DNA of 64,000 nucleotides from Acutalibacteraceae bacterium (GTDB lineage Bacteria; Bacillota; Clostridia; Oscillospirales; Acutalibacteraceae), in NCBI GenBank assembly GCA_045613385.1, contig JAZLAW010000002.1:8630-72629 (forward strand), in the 5' to 3' direction. The notes under the pieces were generated by a model, which did no database searches, was not told the DNA's origin, and worked only from the letters and a program-made list of their open reading frames with translations. Below are positions 29,662 to 40,127 of this stretch, one piece after another. The position numbers and the translations under genes are program-made. Positions within the stretch are counted from its first letter, which is position 1, and each line of letters begins with the position of its first letter.

Positions 29662-30723
29662 CTACTGCCAAAAAAATAGATATTTTGGATTGTTTAAAAT
29701 TAAATAAAATACTAATACACCCGCAGATGCGGCATATACAATAACCCTACTCATTTTATCAAATGAACAGATAACATCCGGAAAAGAAATCATCAAAAAT
29801 AGTGAATAATATTGTTGAATTCTCATAAATGACTGGTTTTGGAAAACTAATAGTGAAGACATAAGAGTTAGCAAAGTAATATTGAATATGTGAGTTGCAT
29901 TTTCAGTGTTCTTTTTATAATAAAAATAAAACAAAAGAATAATAACACAAAGCAAGGTCAGGATAAGTGCATAAGTTTCCGCTCCACCGACAGCATAATC
30001 AATCTGATCTTCGCCGAAACCTAAAAAACCTGCAACAACGCCATACAGGCTTTTACCTGTTAGCGCAACAACAATTATTACAATAAAAGCAATAAATACA
30101 TAAGGTGCTGTTATTGGAATATGGGCTATAAAATAAAACGGGATAAACACGATTGATGATTTGTGAAGCAAAAAAGCTATAAAGGCAAGTATTAAGAATT
30201 TAATAAGTTTTTTTTCTCTTATGTATTTATAACCCCAAAACACGATAAGAGCTGTCGCCAGAGTTTGTCTATGACCTGTAACCGAATAGAAAGCGTAAAA
30301 CAACACGGAATACAAGATGAAACTGAAACACGGCATTTTTGAGTATTTATACACCCAAACCGCCATCAAAACAGTAAAAACAACGGCAATAAAAACCAAG
30401 TACAGTTGATAGCTACCGCTGAAAATTTGAAAAATCTTTTCTACAAGTTCGTAACCCGGGTCTTTAATTTCAAGGCCGTTAAACAAATAATTATAGATAT
30501 CTGAAAATATTTTCGACCAAGAAACATTTTTAGTTCTTTCAAAAGCGGTAAAATAAGCATAGGTATCATTACCAACCGAAAAATGTCTAAGGCCGGACAA
30601 AAGTATCCATTGTACCGCAACTATACCACAATAAATTTTCGTGTTTTTCTCGCTTTTTTTTAAATAAAGAAGGATATAACCCCAAAAAAATATCAAGAAA
30701 ATATTTATAAGATATACTGTCAC
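29662..30723 (-). CDS. EpsG-family polysaccharide polymerase (Wzy-like)
   Basis: 353 aa, about 10 TM segments. The early GLRHFSVGNDTYAY motif is typical of the EpsG family. Confidence 0.7.
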   Translation of the reverse strand: MTVYLINIFLIFFWGYILLYLKKSEKNTKIYCGIVAVQWILLSGLRHFSVGNDTYAYFTAFERTKNVSWSKIFSDIYNYLFNGLEIKDPGYELVEKIFQIFSGSYQLYLVFIAVVFTVLMAVWVYKYSKMPCFSFILYSVLFYAFYSVTGHRQTLATALIVFWGYKYIREKKLIKFLILAFIAFLLHKSSIVFIPFYFIAHIPITAPYVFIAFIVIIVVALTGKSLYGVVAGFLGFGEDQIDYAVGGAETYALILTLLCVIILLFYFYYKKNTENATHIFNITLLTLMSSLLVFQNQSFMRIQQYYSLFLMISFPDVICSFDKMSRVIVYAASAGVLVFYLILNNPKYLFFWQ

Positions 30724-30740
30724 TTTTACACTTCCTAAAA

Positions 30741-32033
30741 CTATATTAAAGCTCTTAAATCTTTAATTAACATATTTTCAATATCTTCTTTATTGTGATT
30801 TTTTCTACCACAATCAAATGCCAGCTGGGATAATTCATTCAATTTTTGCGGATTTTCTAAAACATTTTTAAGTTTATCGTATAATTCATCCCTATTATCA
30901 GCAACTATTGCACAATCATTTTTTACAAGATGATGTATTGAAGCGACATCTTTGGGACCAAACGCCAAAATCGGTCGTGCTGCCGACAAATAATCGACAA
31001 TTTTTGTAGAAAAAGATTGCCGTACCAATAATTTGTTTTTTAAATCCGTTGCTTCAATATGTACTAACATATCAGCATTATTTTGAATTTCGGGCACCTC
31101 GATTGATGAAACGCTACCCATTACAAATGAGGACTCACCAACATTTAGGGCTTTGTTCATTTTTTCAGTTAAAGTATTACCTGTATAAATACGAAGTTGT
31201 GCTTTAACCGTATCTTTATTTATTTTTTTAAGAACACTTGCTATTTCTGAAAGTGAGCGCCAACGATTAAGACCAATATTACCGGTATAAACTAACTGTA
31301 ATGGTTCGTTGTACTTGTCTTTAATTGGTGCATCACCTGAAAAATCCGCTGATTTTGTAAGGACTTTACACTCTTTTTTTAACGCGCTTTCGTAATCGTT
31401 TTTTTGCACATTGGAAATCACATAAAATAAGTCTGCCTTTTTAACTACTTTTCGCATATATGACCGGTCTATAAAATGTTTTATCCAACGAAGTGGTGAC
31501 AATATAAACTGTTTAAGGGAATAATTGTTATCCCAAGCATATAGGACAAGCTTTTTATTCGATAATTTCGTTATATGCAAAATTAATCTATTTAAGAATG
31601 ACGACTCTGACAAAACTGTAAAGATAATGTCAGGGTTATACTCTTCAACAAATTGTTTGAGTTCAGGAGATTTCCATTTGCCTATTCTCCACACAAAATC
31701 TTGTAACCAAAAAAACATAGTCCATCTACAAGATTTTATAAAATCTATAACACCTTGTTCGTTTTTTGTGTTTGATACCTTTAGTTTTTTGTTGGTTTCT
31801 TTACCTTTAACATGAACGCCAACTGGTGTCTTTTTTAAAAGGTTTTTTATAAGCATTTTTTCAGTGATGCAAAAAGCTTGTAAGATTTCCTTATCAGGAA
31901 AACCTGCTCTTGTATAAATACTTGCAAGTTCTACATCTTCCATATCCTTAAAAAGATTTATAAATGTATTGCCTATGCTTATTTCTTTATTAAGTGGTGA
32001 TGATGATATGAAAAGTATTTTCAAGAAGCTCAC
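30741..32033 (-). CDS. Putative glycosyltransferase (GT-B fold)
   Basis: The C-terminal half resembles GT-B donors (LVYTGNIG...., SFSTKIVDYLSAARPILAFG). The N-terminal half is not recognisable. Confidence 0.5.
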   Translation of the reverse strand: MSFLKILFISSSPLNKEISIGNTFINLFKDMEDVELASIYTRAGFPDKEILQAFCITEKMLIKNLLKKTPVGVHVKGKETNKKLKVSNTKNEQGVIDFIKSCRWTMFFWLQDFVWRIGKWKSPELKQFVEEYNPDIIFTVLSESSFLNRLILHITKLSNKKLVLYAWDNNYSLKQFILSPLRWIKHFIDRSYMRKVVKKADLFYVISNVQKNDYESALKKECKVLTKSADFSGDAPIKDKYNEPLQLVYTGNIGLNRWRSLSEIASVLKKINKDTVKAQLRIYTGNTLTEKMNKALNVGESSFVMGSVSSIEVPEIQNNADMLVHIEATDLKNKLLVRQSFSTKIVDYLSAARPILAFGPKDVASIHHLVKNDCAIVADNRDELYDKLKNVLENPQKLNELSQLAFDCGRKNHNKEDIENMLIKDLRALI

Positions 32034-32057
32034 TCCTTTCCACTGAAATAAGAGATA

Positions 32058-32951
32058 TTATGAAATATCTATCCAGTCGCCTAGTTTACGTTCCCATTCA
32101 TCAGGTTTAAACAACTGAAATCCTCCGCCAGCAAAAAATGTATATTCACCAAAATATATTTTGCCGCCTAATTCGTATAAATCGATTCTGACAAACTTTT
32201 TATTTTTTGCAAGTTCAGCAACAATTCGATGCATTTCATCAAACATTTTTGGTTTTTCAATCGGTTTGTCGGAATTTGGACAATGTCTTTTAACATCAAG
32301 ATGGTTAAAAGACATATCAAAAAAATCAAATCTGCAATCTGTATCCCTATCCGTAACCATTAGCATCATTTTGGGTATTCCGTTGAAACAATAAAATTTA
32401 TAATCATCTATACTTTTTTCGGGATTTTTATCATCAGTCATCATTTTTTCAGCAATAATATAGGGTTTTATATCTTTATATGGATATTCTCTACCGGCAT
32501 AGAAAAAATCTTGCTTTAATCTCTTTGAATAAAACTTCTTCATTGCATCTAAATCATCTTTTGTCAACGCAGATTTATCTTTAATCACTTTAGAACTACC
32601 CGAATCATGATTACATTTAAGTACAAACTGATTTGGCAATGTATCAAAATCAATTTCATCAAATGATTCCCATTTTCCCAAAAGCGGAAACAAATATTCT
32701 TCGCCTAAAACTTCAGTAATATGCTCACGAACAGCAAGTTTGTCAACAAGTTTGCTATATTCCGGATGTCTGTCATTAACCTTCAGCCACTGTAATTTTT
32801 CATTGAAGCCTTTAGGGTCTTTAAAATTTATAAACTTCCTTGTCGTAGCAAAGTAAAATATTTGTAAATATAACTTATCTGGCAAAAAAGAAAGCGCATA
32901 CATCATATTGCTTCTGAAATTACGACTGAAAATTTTACGTAAATCAACCAT
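32058..32951 (-). CDS. TupA-like ATP-grasp amidoligase
   Basis: F.EKLQWLKVNDRHPEYSKLVDKLAVREH, KCNHDSG and the C-terminal RIDLY...GKIYFGEYTF are typical of the TupA-like ATP-grasp family. Confidence 0.7.
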   Translation of the reverse strand: MVDLRKIFSRNFRSNMMYALSFLPDKLYLQIFYFATTRKFINFKDPKGFNEKLQWLKVNDRHPEYSKLVDKLAVREHITEVLGEEYLFPLLGKWESFDEIDFDTLPNQFVLKCNHDSGSSKVIKDKSALTKDDLDAMKKFYSKRLKQDFFYAGREYPYKDIKPYIIAEKMMTDDKNPEKSIDDYKFYCFNGIPKMMLMVTDRDTDCRFDFFDMSFNHLDVKRHCPNSDKPIEKPKMFDEMHRIVAELAKNKKFVRIDLYELGGKIYFGEYTFFAGGGFQLFKPDEWERKLGDWIDIS

Positions 32952-32966
32952 TACATTTCCTCTTAA

Positions 32967-33950
32967 TTATAAGTTTTCTTTATACCACTCGATAGCAAGT
33001 TTAATTCCGTCCTGGAAACTATAATCGGGGTCATATCCCAAAAGGCGTTTTGCTTTACTTATATCTGCATTAGAGTGCTTAATATCGCCTTTACGATCGG
33101 GTCCGAAGTTTGGCTCAATATCAAGGCCTAAAGCAGCGGTAAGACCATAGTAAATATCAATAAGATATTCCCTTCCACCATAGGCAACATTATACGCTTC
33201 GCCTGCTGCTTCGCTTGGTGCTAAACATGCTTTAAGGTTAGCTTCTATAACATTTTCAATATATGTAAAGTCACGGCTTTGTTTACCGTCACCGTTAATT
33301 GTAGGAGTTTCTCCGTTTAATAACTGTTTTAAAAATTTCGGAATAACTGCCGCATAGGCGCCATCGGGGTCCTGACGGCGACCAAATACGTTAAAGTATC
33401 TCATTCCGTATGTATCAAGTCCGTAAAGCTTAGTATAGAGTTTACCCCACTCTTCATCACAACGCTTTGTAAGTGCGTAGGGAGAAAGCAAATTACCTTC
33501 CCTGCCTTCATATTTTGGCAAGTTAGGCTCGTCCCCGTAAACCGATGAACTTGAAGCATAAACAAACTTTTTAACGCCATTCTGCCTGGCGGCTTCCATC
33601 ATGTTAAGTGTACCTTCAATATTGTTTTTGCAGTAAAACAGTGGCATTTCAATAGAACGCGGTACGCTGCCCCAAGCGGCTTGGTTAAGAACGTAATCTA
33701 CACCTTCACAAGCTTTCACACAGGTGTCAAGGTCCTTAATATCACCCTTGATAAAGGTATAATTCGGGTTGTCAATAAACATATCGATATTCTTTTGTTT
33801 ACCGGTTGATAAGTCATCAAGTGCTTTTACTTTATATCCTATATTAAGTATTGCTTCGCAAAGGTTTGAGCCAATAAAACCTGCCGCACCTGTTACGAGA
33901 AATACTGAATTTTCAGGAAATTTTAAATGTTTATAGCCCATTATTTTCAC
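32967..33950 (-). CDS. NAD-dependent UDP-N-acetylglucosaminuronate/UDP-GlcNAc 4-epimerase (TviC/WbpP-like SDR)
   Basis: VTGAAGFIGSNL Rossmann motif, SSSSVYG and YALTK catalytic motifs. Lies beside a TviB-type dehydrogenase gene. Confidence 0.75.
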   Translation of the reverse strand: MKIMGYKHLKFPENSVFLVTGAAGFIGSNLCEAILNIGYKVKALDDLSTGKQKNIDMFIDNPNYTFIKGDIKDLDTCVKACEGVDYVLNQAAWGSVPRSIEMPLFYCKNNIEGTLNMMEAARQNGVKKFVYASSSSVYGDEPNLPKYEGREGNLLSPYALTKRCDEEWGKLYTKLYGLDTYGMRYFNVFGRRQDPDGAYAAVIPKFLKQLLNGETPTINGDGKQSRDFTYIENVIEANLKACLAPSEAAGEAYNVAYGGREYLIDIYYGLTAALGLDIEPNFGPDRKGDIKHSNADISKAKRLLGYDPDYSFQDGIKLAIEWYKENL

Positions 33951-33955
33951 TCCGT

Positions 33956-35527
33956 TTAGAAAGGTAAAATTGAGTTAATTTTGAAATATAAATTTGCTAA
34001 TTTTTTTCGTGTGTCAGTTTCATTGAGATTAACAACACGGATGTTCATGTCGAAAAGTTCTTTATTCATGATTTTTTTCAAGTCCATATGATGCTTGTCT
34101 GAAATTCTATATTCAAGCGGAACCCGAAGCAACAAATCAAGAAGTTTTCTATTGTTGTATGGGATTGTTATATCAAAGCAAGATTTCATTACTCCTATAT
34201 TTAGACCGCATTTACCGCCATGCATTAATTCCCAAACAAAAAAATCGCTTTCATCGTAGTTGAATAAATGTTCTTTAAGTTGAGTGTTTTTAAAATACTC
34301 TTTAAAATATTTATCTGTTTCCCAAACAAGTTTTTTGTTCATGAAGAAAATGTTGTAAAGTGATGTATAATTGCGTGCAGAAAGATTTTTTGGGAATTTT
34401 TTACGACCAAAATACTTGTATGCATATGCACGTATAGATTCGGAAATCCATGATTTGACTTCAACGTCGCAAACATCGTTTTGTATTAAAATAATTTTTT
34501 TACGAGCGTCGCTATCCTTTGAAGCGCCTATTCCGCCCTGGTTATAATCGAAAACCGTTTTATACACTTGGAAGTCAGCAATTTCTTCATTGGTTTCGGG
34601 TATCTTATAAACCTTATGTTGAACATTAAATTTATCACTGATTTCTTTTGCCTTGTCGGCATCAACAGATTCGCGATACATTGAAACATAGCTAAAAGTT
34701 TCATATTTTTCATAACAGCCATTGGCAGCCGCAAACGTGGTATTACTGTCAACACCACCTGTAAGAGAAATCGCCGGCTTGTTCCATTTCTTTGGTATAA
34801 GGACCATACTATTCTTCATAATCCTGGCGGCCTCATTAATTACCTGAAAATACTCATCTTTGTTCTGGCACATCTGAATTTCTTTATTCGGATAAAATCT
34901 TGTAACAGAATAATTGCCGTTTTCAAACTTTACATATGTATTTGGAACAATACGTTTAATCTCTTTATAACAAGTAATATCCCCTGGCATATAATTTCCC
35001 ATCATAAAGTGATACCATCTATAATTTGTGAGACGCTTTACATAATCATCAGTTTCTAAATTGCAAATATCACCAATTAATCGCATATGTGATGAAATAT
35101 ATTGTTTGCCGTAGGCAGTGCCATAACAACCGTATTGTTGTCCTGAAGCATCTAAAACAAACTCAATTTTTTTATTATCTACAACTCCTAAGATGAAAAC
35201 ACCTGTCAGCTCATCTATACAATCGAAATATTTATTTGTGTTGTAAGCTTCCGCAATTTTTGAAAGAATTATGTTTTCATCATAGTCCATTGAATACGGA
35301 TTATATGCGTGTCCAATCAGGAAAGCTGTTTTGCCATCAAAATCATATACAAAAAGTTTATTTGAATTATAAACCCAAAAATTATAATCACCGATTATGG
35401 TTTTTCGCCAATTATTATAAAAAGGATAATCACTAACATTATCCAATTCGGCATCCGTGATTAAATAACCTTTTTCAAACAAATGCTTTTGTATGTTTGG
35501 TTTTTTATCCAAAATGTTTTTTAGCAT
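33956..35527 (-). CDS. Asparagine-synthetase-like PP-loop ATP pyrophosphatase lacking the N-terminal catalytic Cys
   Basis: ISLTGGVDSN PP-loop motif at mid-protein. The N-terminal ~230 aa resembles an Ntn-glutaminase fold but the protein starts MLKN (no Cys2). Confidence 0.5.
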   Translation of the reverse strand: MLKNILDKKPNIQKHLFEKGYLITDAELDNVSDYPFYNNWRKTIIGDYNFWVYNSNKLFVYDFDGKTAFLIGHAYNPYSMDYDENIILSKIAEAYNTNKYFDCIDELTGVFILGVVDNKKIEFVLDASGQQYGCYGTAYGKQYISSHMRLIGDICNLETDDYVKRLTNYRWYHFMMGNYMPGDITCYKEIKRIVPNTYVKFENGNYSVTRFYPNKEIQMCQNKDEYFQVINEAARIMKNSMVLIPKKWNKPAISLTGGVDSNTTFAAANGCYEKYETFSYVSMYRESVDADKAKEISDKFNVQHKVYKIPETNEEIADFQVYKTVFDYNQGGIGASKDSDARKKIILIQNDVCDVEVKSWISESIRAYAYKYFGRKKFPKNLSARNYTSLYNIFFMNKKLVWETDKYFKEYFKNTQLKEHLFNYDESDFFVWELMHGGKCGLNIGVMKSCFDITIPYNNRKLLDLLLRVPLEYRISDKHHMDLKKIMNKELFDMNIRVVNLNETDTRKKLANLYFKINSILPF

Positions 35528-35543
35528 TCAGCATCACCTAAAA

Positions 35544-36863
35544 TTATAATCTCCAATAGTTATATCCTGCGGCTTCATATTCCTTGCGGCAAAGAAGTCC
35601 CTTAATATCTGCGAGAACCTTTTTAGAGTTGTCGCCCGATTTAAACATATTGTCAAAGTCTTTTTGTGTTAAATCCTTAAACTGCTCGTGAGCAACTGCA
35701 AGAATAACTGCATCACAATCAGCAATTGTATTCATATCTACAAACTCCATACCGTAAAGGTGTTTTGCTTCATCGGCATCTGCAGCAGGGTCGGCAACAG
35801 TTGCAGTAATACCGTATTCTTTAAGTTCATTGTAAATATCTATAATCTTTGTATTACGTGTATCTGGACAGTTTTCCTTGAAAGTGAAACCAAGAATGGC
35901 AACCTTTGCGTTCTTAATAGCAACATCAGCTTTGATAAGGTTTTTAACAACGCTCTCGGCAACATATTTACCCATATCATCATTAATTCTGCGACCTGAC
36001 AGAATAATCTGGCTGTGATAACCTAACTGTTCAGCTTTGTATGTAAGATAATACGGGTCAACGCCGATACAGTGACCGCCAACAAGACCGGGGAAGAACT
36101 TAAGGAAGTTCCATTTTGTACCCGCAGCTTTAAGAACCGACTGTGTGTCAATACCCATTTTATTAAATATAATTGAAAGCTCATTCATAAACGCAATATT
36201 TATATCACGCTGACTATTCTCAATAACCTTTGCAGCTTCGGCAACCTTGATACTTTCAGCTCTATGAACACCTGCTTCAACAACAAGCTCATAAACTTTA
36301 GCTATTTCATCGAGTGATTCTTCATCCATACCGGAAACAATCTTCACTATCGTCTCGAGTCGATGAACCTTGTCGCCGGGGTTGATTCTCTCGGGTGAAT
36401 AACCGATTTTAAAATCAACTCCGCATTTAAGACCTGATTCTTTTTCAAGAATCGGGATGCAAATATCTTCTGTAACGCCGGGATAAACTGTTGACTCATA
36501 AACAACAATAGAACCTTTTGTAAGATTGCGACCAACAATAGTTGATGCGCCTTCAACAGGTGTTAAATCGGGTGTATGATCATCATTTACAGGTGTGGGT
36601 ACTGCTACAATGTGAAATTTAGCTTCACGGAGTTTACTCTCATCTGCAGTAAACTCAACAGTACATACTTTAATTGCATCATCACCAACTTCGTTTGTTG
36701 GATCGATACCGCTCTTATAGAGTTCAATTTTCTTGGCATTAAGGTCAAATCCAACTACCTTTACCTTTTTAGAAAATGCAACCGCAATAGGCATACCTAC
36801 ATAACCAAGGCCAACCAGGGAGATTTTTTCTTCGCCATTAACAATTTTTTCGTAAAGTGACAT
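35544..36863 (-). CDS. UDP-N-acetyl-D-glucosamine 6-dehydrogenase-type nucleotide-sugar dehydrogenase (TviB/WbpO-like)
   Basis: GLGYVGMP Rossmann motif, catalytic GGHCIGVDP, and the C-terminal UDPG_MGDP_dh domain. Confidence 0.8.
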   Translation of the reverse strand: MSLYEKIVNGEEKISLVGLGYVGMPIAVAFSKKVKVVGFDLNAKKIELYKSGIDPTNEVGDDAIKVCTVEFTADESKLREAKFHIVAVPTPVNDDHTPDLTPVEGASTIVGRNLTKGSIVVYESTVYPGVTEDICIPILEKESGLKCGVDFKIGYSPERINPGDKVHRLETIVKIVSGMDEESLDEIAKVYELVVEAGVHRAESIKVAEAAKVIENSQRDINIAFMNELSIIFNKMGIDTQSVLKAAGTKWNFLKFFPGLVGGHCIGVDPYYLTYKAEQLGYHSQIILSGRRINDDMGKYVAESVVKNLIKADVAIKNAKVAILGFTFKENCPDTRNTKIIDIYNELKEYGITATVADPAADADEAKHLYGMEFVDMNTIADCDAVILAVAHEQFKDLTQKDFDNMFKSGDNSKKVLADIKGLLCRKEYEAAGYNYWRL

Positions 36864-36868
36864 AACGA

Positions 36869-37975
36869 TTACTCCTTTATTTTAAGATATTTACACATTT
36901 CTTCATTAACTTTTTTAACATCGAACTTATCTTGACAATATATGTGACTTGCTTTACCCATAGTTTCTATAAGTTCGGGATGCTTAATAAATTCTATCAT
37001 TTTTTCGGCCACTGCCTGTCCACTATGGGTTGGAACAAGAAAACCTGTTTCTCCATCGATTACAGTCTCTCTGCAACCTGGTGCATTAGTCGTAATTACT
37101 GCTCTTGCCATTGCCATGGCTTCAAGGACAGTTCGCGGTGTTCCTTCTCTGTAAGACGGAAGAACATAAACAGAACATTGTTTATAATAATCGGCAACCG
37201 TATCTGTTTCTCCAAAATGCTCAATAATGCCTTTTTGAATATATGTATCAAGGTCACTTTGAGACAGAGAATCTTGAATACCTTCACAGGCCCCGAGCAA
37301 CATACAACGCACTTCGGGATATTTTTCTTTAACTATTTGACAGGCTTCCAGATACTCACGTATTCCTTTTGAATACATAACTCTGGACAACATAAAGAAA
37401 GTGATTTGTTCGGGATAAGGTGTAACTGCAAACTTTCCCATATTTACACCTGAGCCGTTGACTATGTAGCATTTTTCTGGTTTTACTAACTTTTCACTTA
37501 TGAACTCTTTTTTGTCATCAGAATTTTGAAAAATAACAGTATCAGCACACATAAAACCGATTTTATAGAGCACCGACATTATAAGTTTAATTATTTTGGC
37601 TTTTTTAGTTTTTGCGGTGAAAGCATACCCTGCGCCGGTAACCATAGCAACCTTATGCGGTACCCGTGCTAATTTACCTGCCATAGAACCATAAATAACC
37701 GGTTTTGAAGTGTATCCTAAAATGACGTCGGGTTTTTCTTTTTTGAAGAGTTTCCTAAGAGCGTTCATATAAGCAAAATCTTTTAACGGATTTACCCCAT
37801 TCTTATTCATGGGAATTTCCAGAAACTTTGCACCCAACGCTTCGACCTTATCAACATTATCCTGATTAGGTCCGGTAACGATTACTTCATAACCCGCCGC
37901 GATAATTTTTTTAACCAAATCACCGCGAAAGTTATACGCCGTCCGGTTTTTAGGAGAAACAAGTATAAATTTCAA
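36869..37975 (-). CDS. Glycosyltransferase family 4
   Basis: VLPSYREGTPRTVLEAMAMARAVITTNAPGCRETVIDGETGFLV signature. Confidence 0.8.
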   Translation of the reverse strand: MKFILVSPKNRTAYNFRGDLVKKIIAAGYEVIVTGPNQDNVDKVEALGAKFLEIPMNKNGVNPLKDFAYMNALRKLFKKEKPDVILGYTSKPVIYGSMAGKLARVPHKVAMVTGAGYAFTAKTKKAKIIKLIMSVLYKIGFMCADTVIFQNSDDKKEFISEKLVKPEKCYIVNGSGVNMGKFAVTPYPEQITFFMLSRVMYSKGIREYLEACQIVKEKYPEVRCMLLGACEGIQDSLSQSDLDTYIQKGIIEHFGETDTVADYYKQCSVYVLPSYREGTPRTVLEAMAMARAVITTNAPGCRETVIDGETGFLVPTHSGQAVAEKMIEFIKHPELIETMGKASHIYCQDKFDVKKVNEEMCKYLKIKE

Positions 37976-38102
37976 ATTAACATCTCCCTACAAAAATGTA
38001 TATTATGATGCTATTATATACCTATTATATACCTATCATATAATAGCACAACCGCTCAATAAAGTCAACAAGTTATAATATATACAATATATTATACTAC
38101 TG

Positions 38103-38131
38103 TTGAAAATATTGTCTTATTGTGTTAAAAT
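38103..38131 (+). promoter_or_regulatory. uvrB promoter
   Basis: TTGAAA, 17 nt, TAAAAT, with a TGT extended -10. Confidence 0.5.
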
Positions 38132-38162
38132 TATAAAATCGATATAAAATATTTAGTAAGGG

Positions 38163-40127
38163 GTGAGATATGTGCCGAACAAGTTTATTTTGCACAGTAG
38201 TTACAAGCCGACAGGCGACCAACCGCAAGCGATTGAAAAATTAGTTGAAGGCTTAAATCGTGGCGATAAAGAACAAACACTGCTTGGTGTTACAGGTTCA
38301 GGTAAGACCTTTACAATGGCTAATATTATTGAAAAAATAAACCGTCCAACACTCGTTCTCGCTCATAATAAAACCCTTGCCGCACAGCTCTGCTCTGAAT
38401 TTAAAGAATTTTTCCCGGAAAACGCTGTTGAGTATTTTGTTTCCTATTATGACTATTATCAACCTGAAGCCTATATTCCCGGTACCGACACTTACATTGA
38501 AAAGGACTCTGCTATAAATGATGAAATTGATAAACTGAGACACAGTGCCACCTGTGCACTTTCAGAACGCAGAGATGTTATTATCGTTGCATCAGTTTCC
38601 TGTATATACTCTCTTGGTAACCCTATAGACTACAGAAATATGGTTATTTCTCTCCGTAATGGTATGGAGAAAAGCCGTGATGACTTTATCGCAAAATTAG
38701 TGGATTTGCAGTATGAACGCAACGATGTAAACTTTACGCGTAATAAGTTTCGCGTTCGCGGTGATGTTGTTGAAATCTATCCGGCTTACTCTTACGGTAA
38801 TGCCATACGTGTTGAGTTTTTTGGAGATGAAATAGATAGAATTTGTGAAATTAATACACTTACCGGAGAAGTCAAGGCTACCCTTTCTCATGTCGCTATC
38901 TACCCTGCTTCACATTATATTGTACCGCAGGATAAAATGATAGATGCTCTTAAAAATCTTGAAGAAGAAATGGAAGAGCGTGTGAAATTTTTTACGGAAA
39001 ACTCCAAGCTTATTGAAGCACAGAGAATTCGCCAACGAACCGAATATGATATTGAAATGCTAAGAGAAATTGGTACTTGTAAAGGTGTCGAAAACTATTC
39101 GAGAGTACTCTCTGGCAGACCAAAAGGCAGTGTGCCCTTTACCCTACTTGATTATTTTCCCGATGATTTTGTTTTATTCGTTGATGAGTCTCACGTAACA
39201 TTACCGCAAGTGCGCGGTATGTTTGGTGGTGACAAGGCAAGAAAGGAAAATCTGGTGGAATTTGGTTTCCGTTTGCCATCGGCATTTGATAATCGACCGC
39301 TTAATTTTGATGAGTTCTATAAACATATCAATCAAGTGGTTTTCGTTTCTGCTACTCCCGGTGAATTCGAAAAAGAAAAATCTGTACAGATTGCTCAACA
39401 AGTTATCCGACCCACAGGACTTCTTGATCCGAAAGTTACCGTAAAACCCAGTGACGGACAAATAGATGATTTGGTTTCGCAAATTAATATACGTTCCGCA
39501 CGTAATGAGCGCGTTCTTGTTACGACGCTTACCAAAAAAATGGCGGAAGATTTAACAGAATATCTTGAAAATCTTGATATAAAAGTCAGATATATGCATT
39601 ATGATATTGACACTATTGAACGTATGGAAATTATCCGCGATTTGCGACTTGGTAAATTTGATGTACTAATCGGTATCAACCTTCTCAGAGAAGGTCTTGA
39701 TATCCCTGAAGTATCGCTTGTGGCTATCCTTGATGCTGATAAGGAAGGTTTTTTGAGAAGTGAAACTTCGCTTATACAAACAATAGGCCGCGCCGCACGT
39801 AATGCTTCGGGCGAAGTGATTATGTACGCCGATACGGTTACGCGCTCTATGGAAAACGCAATTCGTGAGACTCTGCGCCGCCGACAAATACAAGATGAAT
39901 ATAATAAGCAAAACGGAATCATTCCACAAACCATTATTAAAGACGTTCGTGAAATTATTGAAATGACATCAAAGCCTATTGGTGAAGAAAACATTAAAAA
40001 GATGGCAAAGGCCGAAAAAGAAAAGCTCATTTTAAGACTCAGTGCAGAAATGCGTGAAGCCGCAAAAATGCTTGAATTTGAACACGCCGCATATTTGCGC
40101 GATAAAATAGCAGAACTTAAAAAATAA
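38163..40127 (+). CDS. uvrB: Excinuclease ABC subunit B
   Basis: [14 protein letters not shown] Walker A, helicase motifs and the C-terminal UVR domain ([11 protein letters not shown]). Start is GTG at 38163 or, better placed behind the AAGGGGTG RBS, GTG at 38172. Confidence 0.95.
   Translation: MRYVPNKFILHSSYKPTGDQPQAIEKLVEGLNRGDKEQTLLGVTGSGKTFTMANIIEKINRPTLVLAHNKTLAAQLCSEFKEFFPENAVEYFVSYYDYYQPEAYIPGTDTYIEKDSAINDEIDKLRHSATCALSERRDVIIVASVSCIYSLGNPIDYRNMVISLRNGMEKSRDDFIAKLVDLQYERNDVNFTRNKFRVRGDVVEIYPAYSYGNAIRVEFFGDEIDRICEINTLTGEVKATLSHVAIYPASHYIVPQDKMIDALKNLEEEMEERVKFFTENSKLIEAQRIRQRTEYDIEMLREIGTCKGVENYSRVLSGRPKGSVPFTLLDYFPDDFVLFVDESHVTLPQVRGMFGGDKARKENLVEFGFRLPSAFDNRPLNFDEFYKHINQVVFVSATPGEFEKEKSVQIAQQVIRPTGLLDPKVTVKPSDGQIDDLVSQINIRSARNERVLVTTLTKKMAEDLTEYLENLDIKVRYMHYDIDTIERMEIIRDLRLGKFDVLIGINLLREGLDIPEVSLVAILDADKEGFLRSETSLIQTIGRAARNASGEVIMYADTVTRSMENAIRETLRRRQIQDEYNKQNGIIPQTIIKDVREIIEMTSKPIGEENIKKMAKAEKEKLILRLSAEMREAAKMLEFEHAAYLRDKIAELKK

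Noticed and set aside
37990-38045. Short tandem repeat CTATTATATAC x2 (plus a degenerate third copy), considered as a CRISPR-like or regulatory repeat
   Set aside because: It has only two to three 11-nt units with no spacers, in low-complexity AT-rich intergenic DNA. It is not a CRISPR array.
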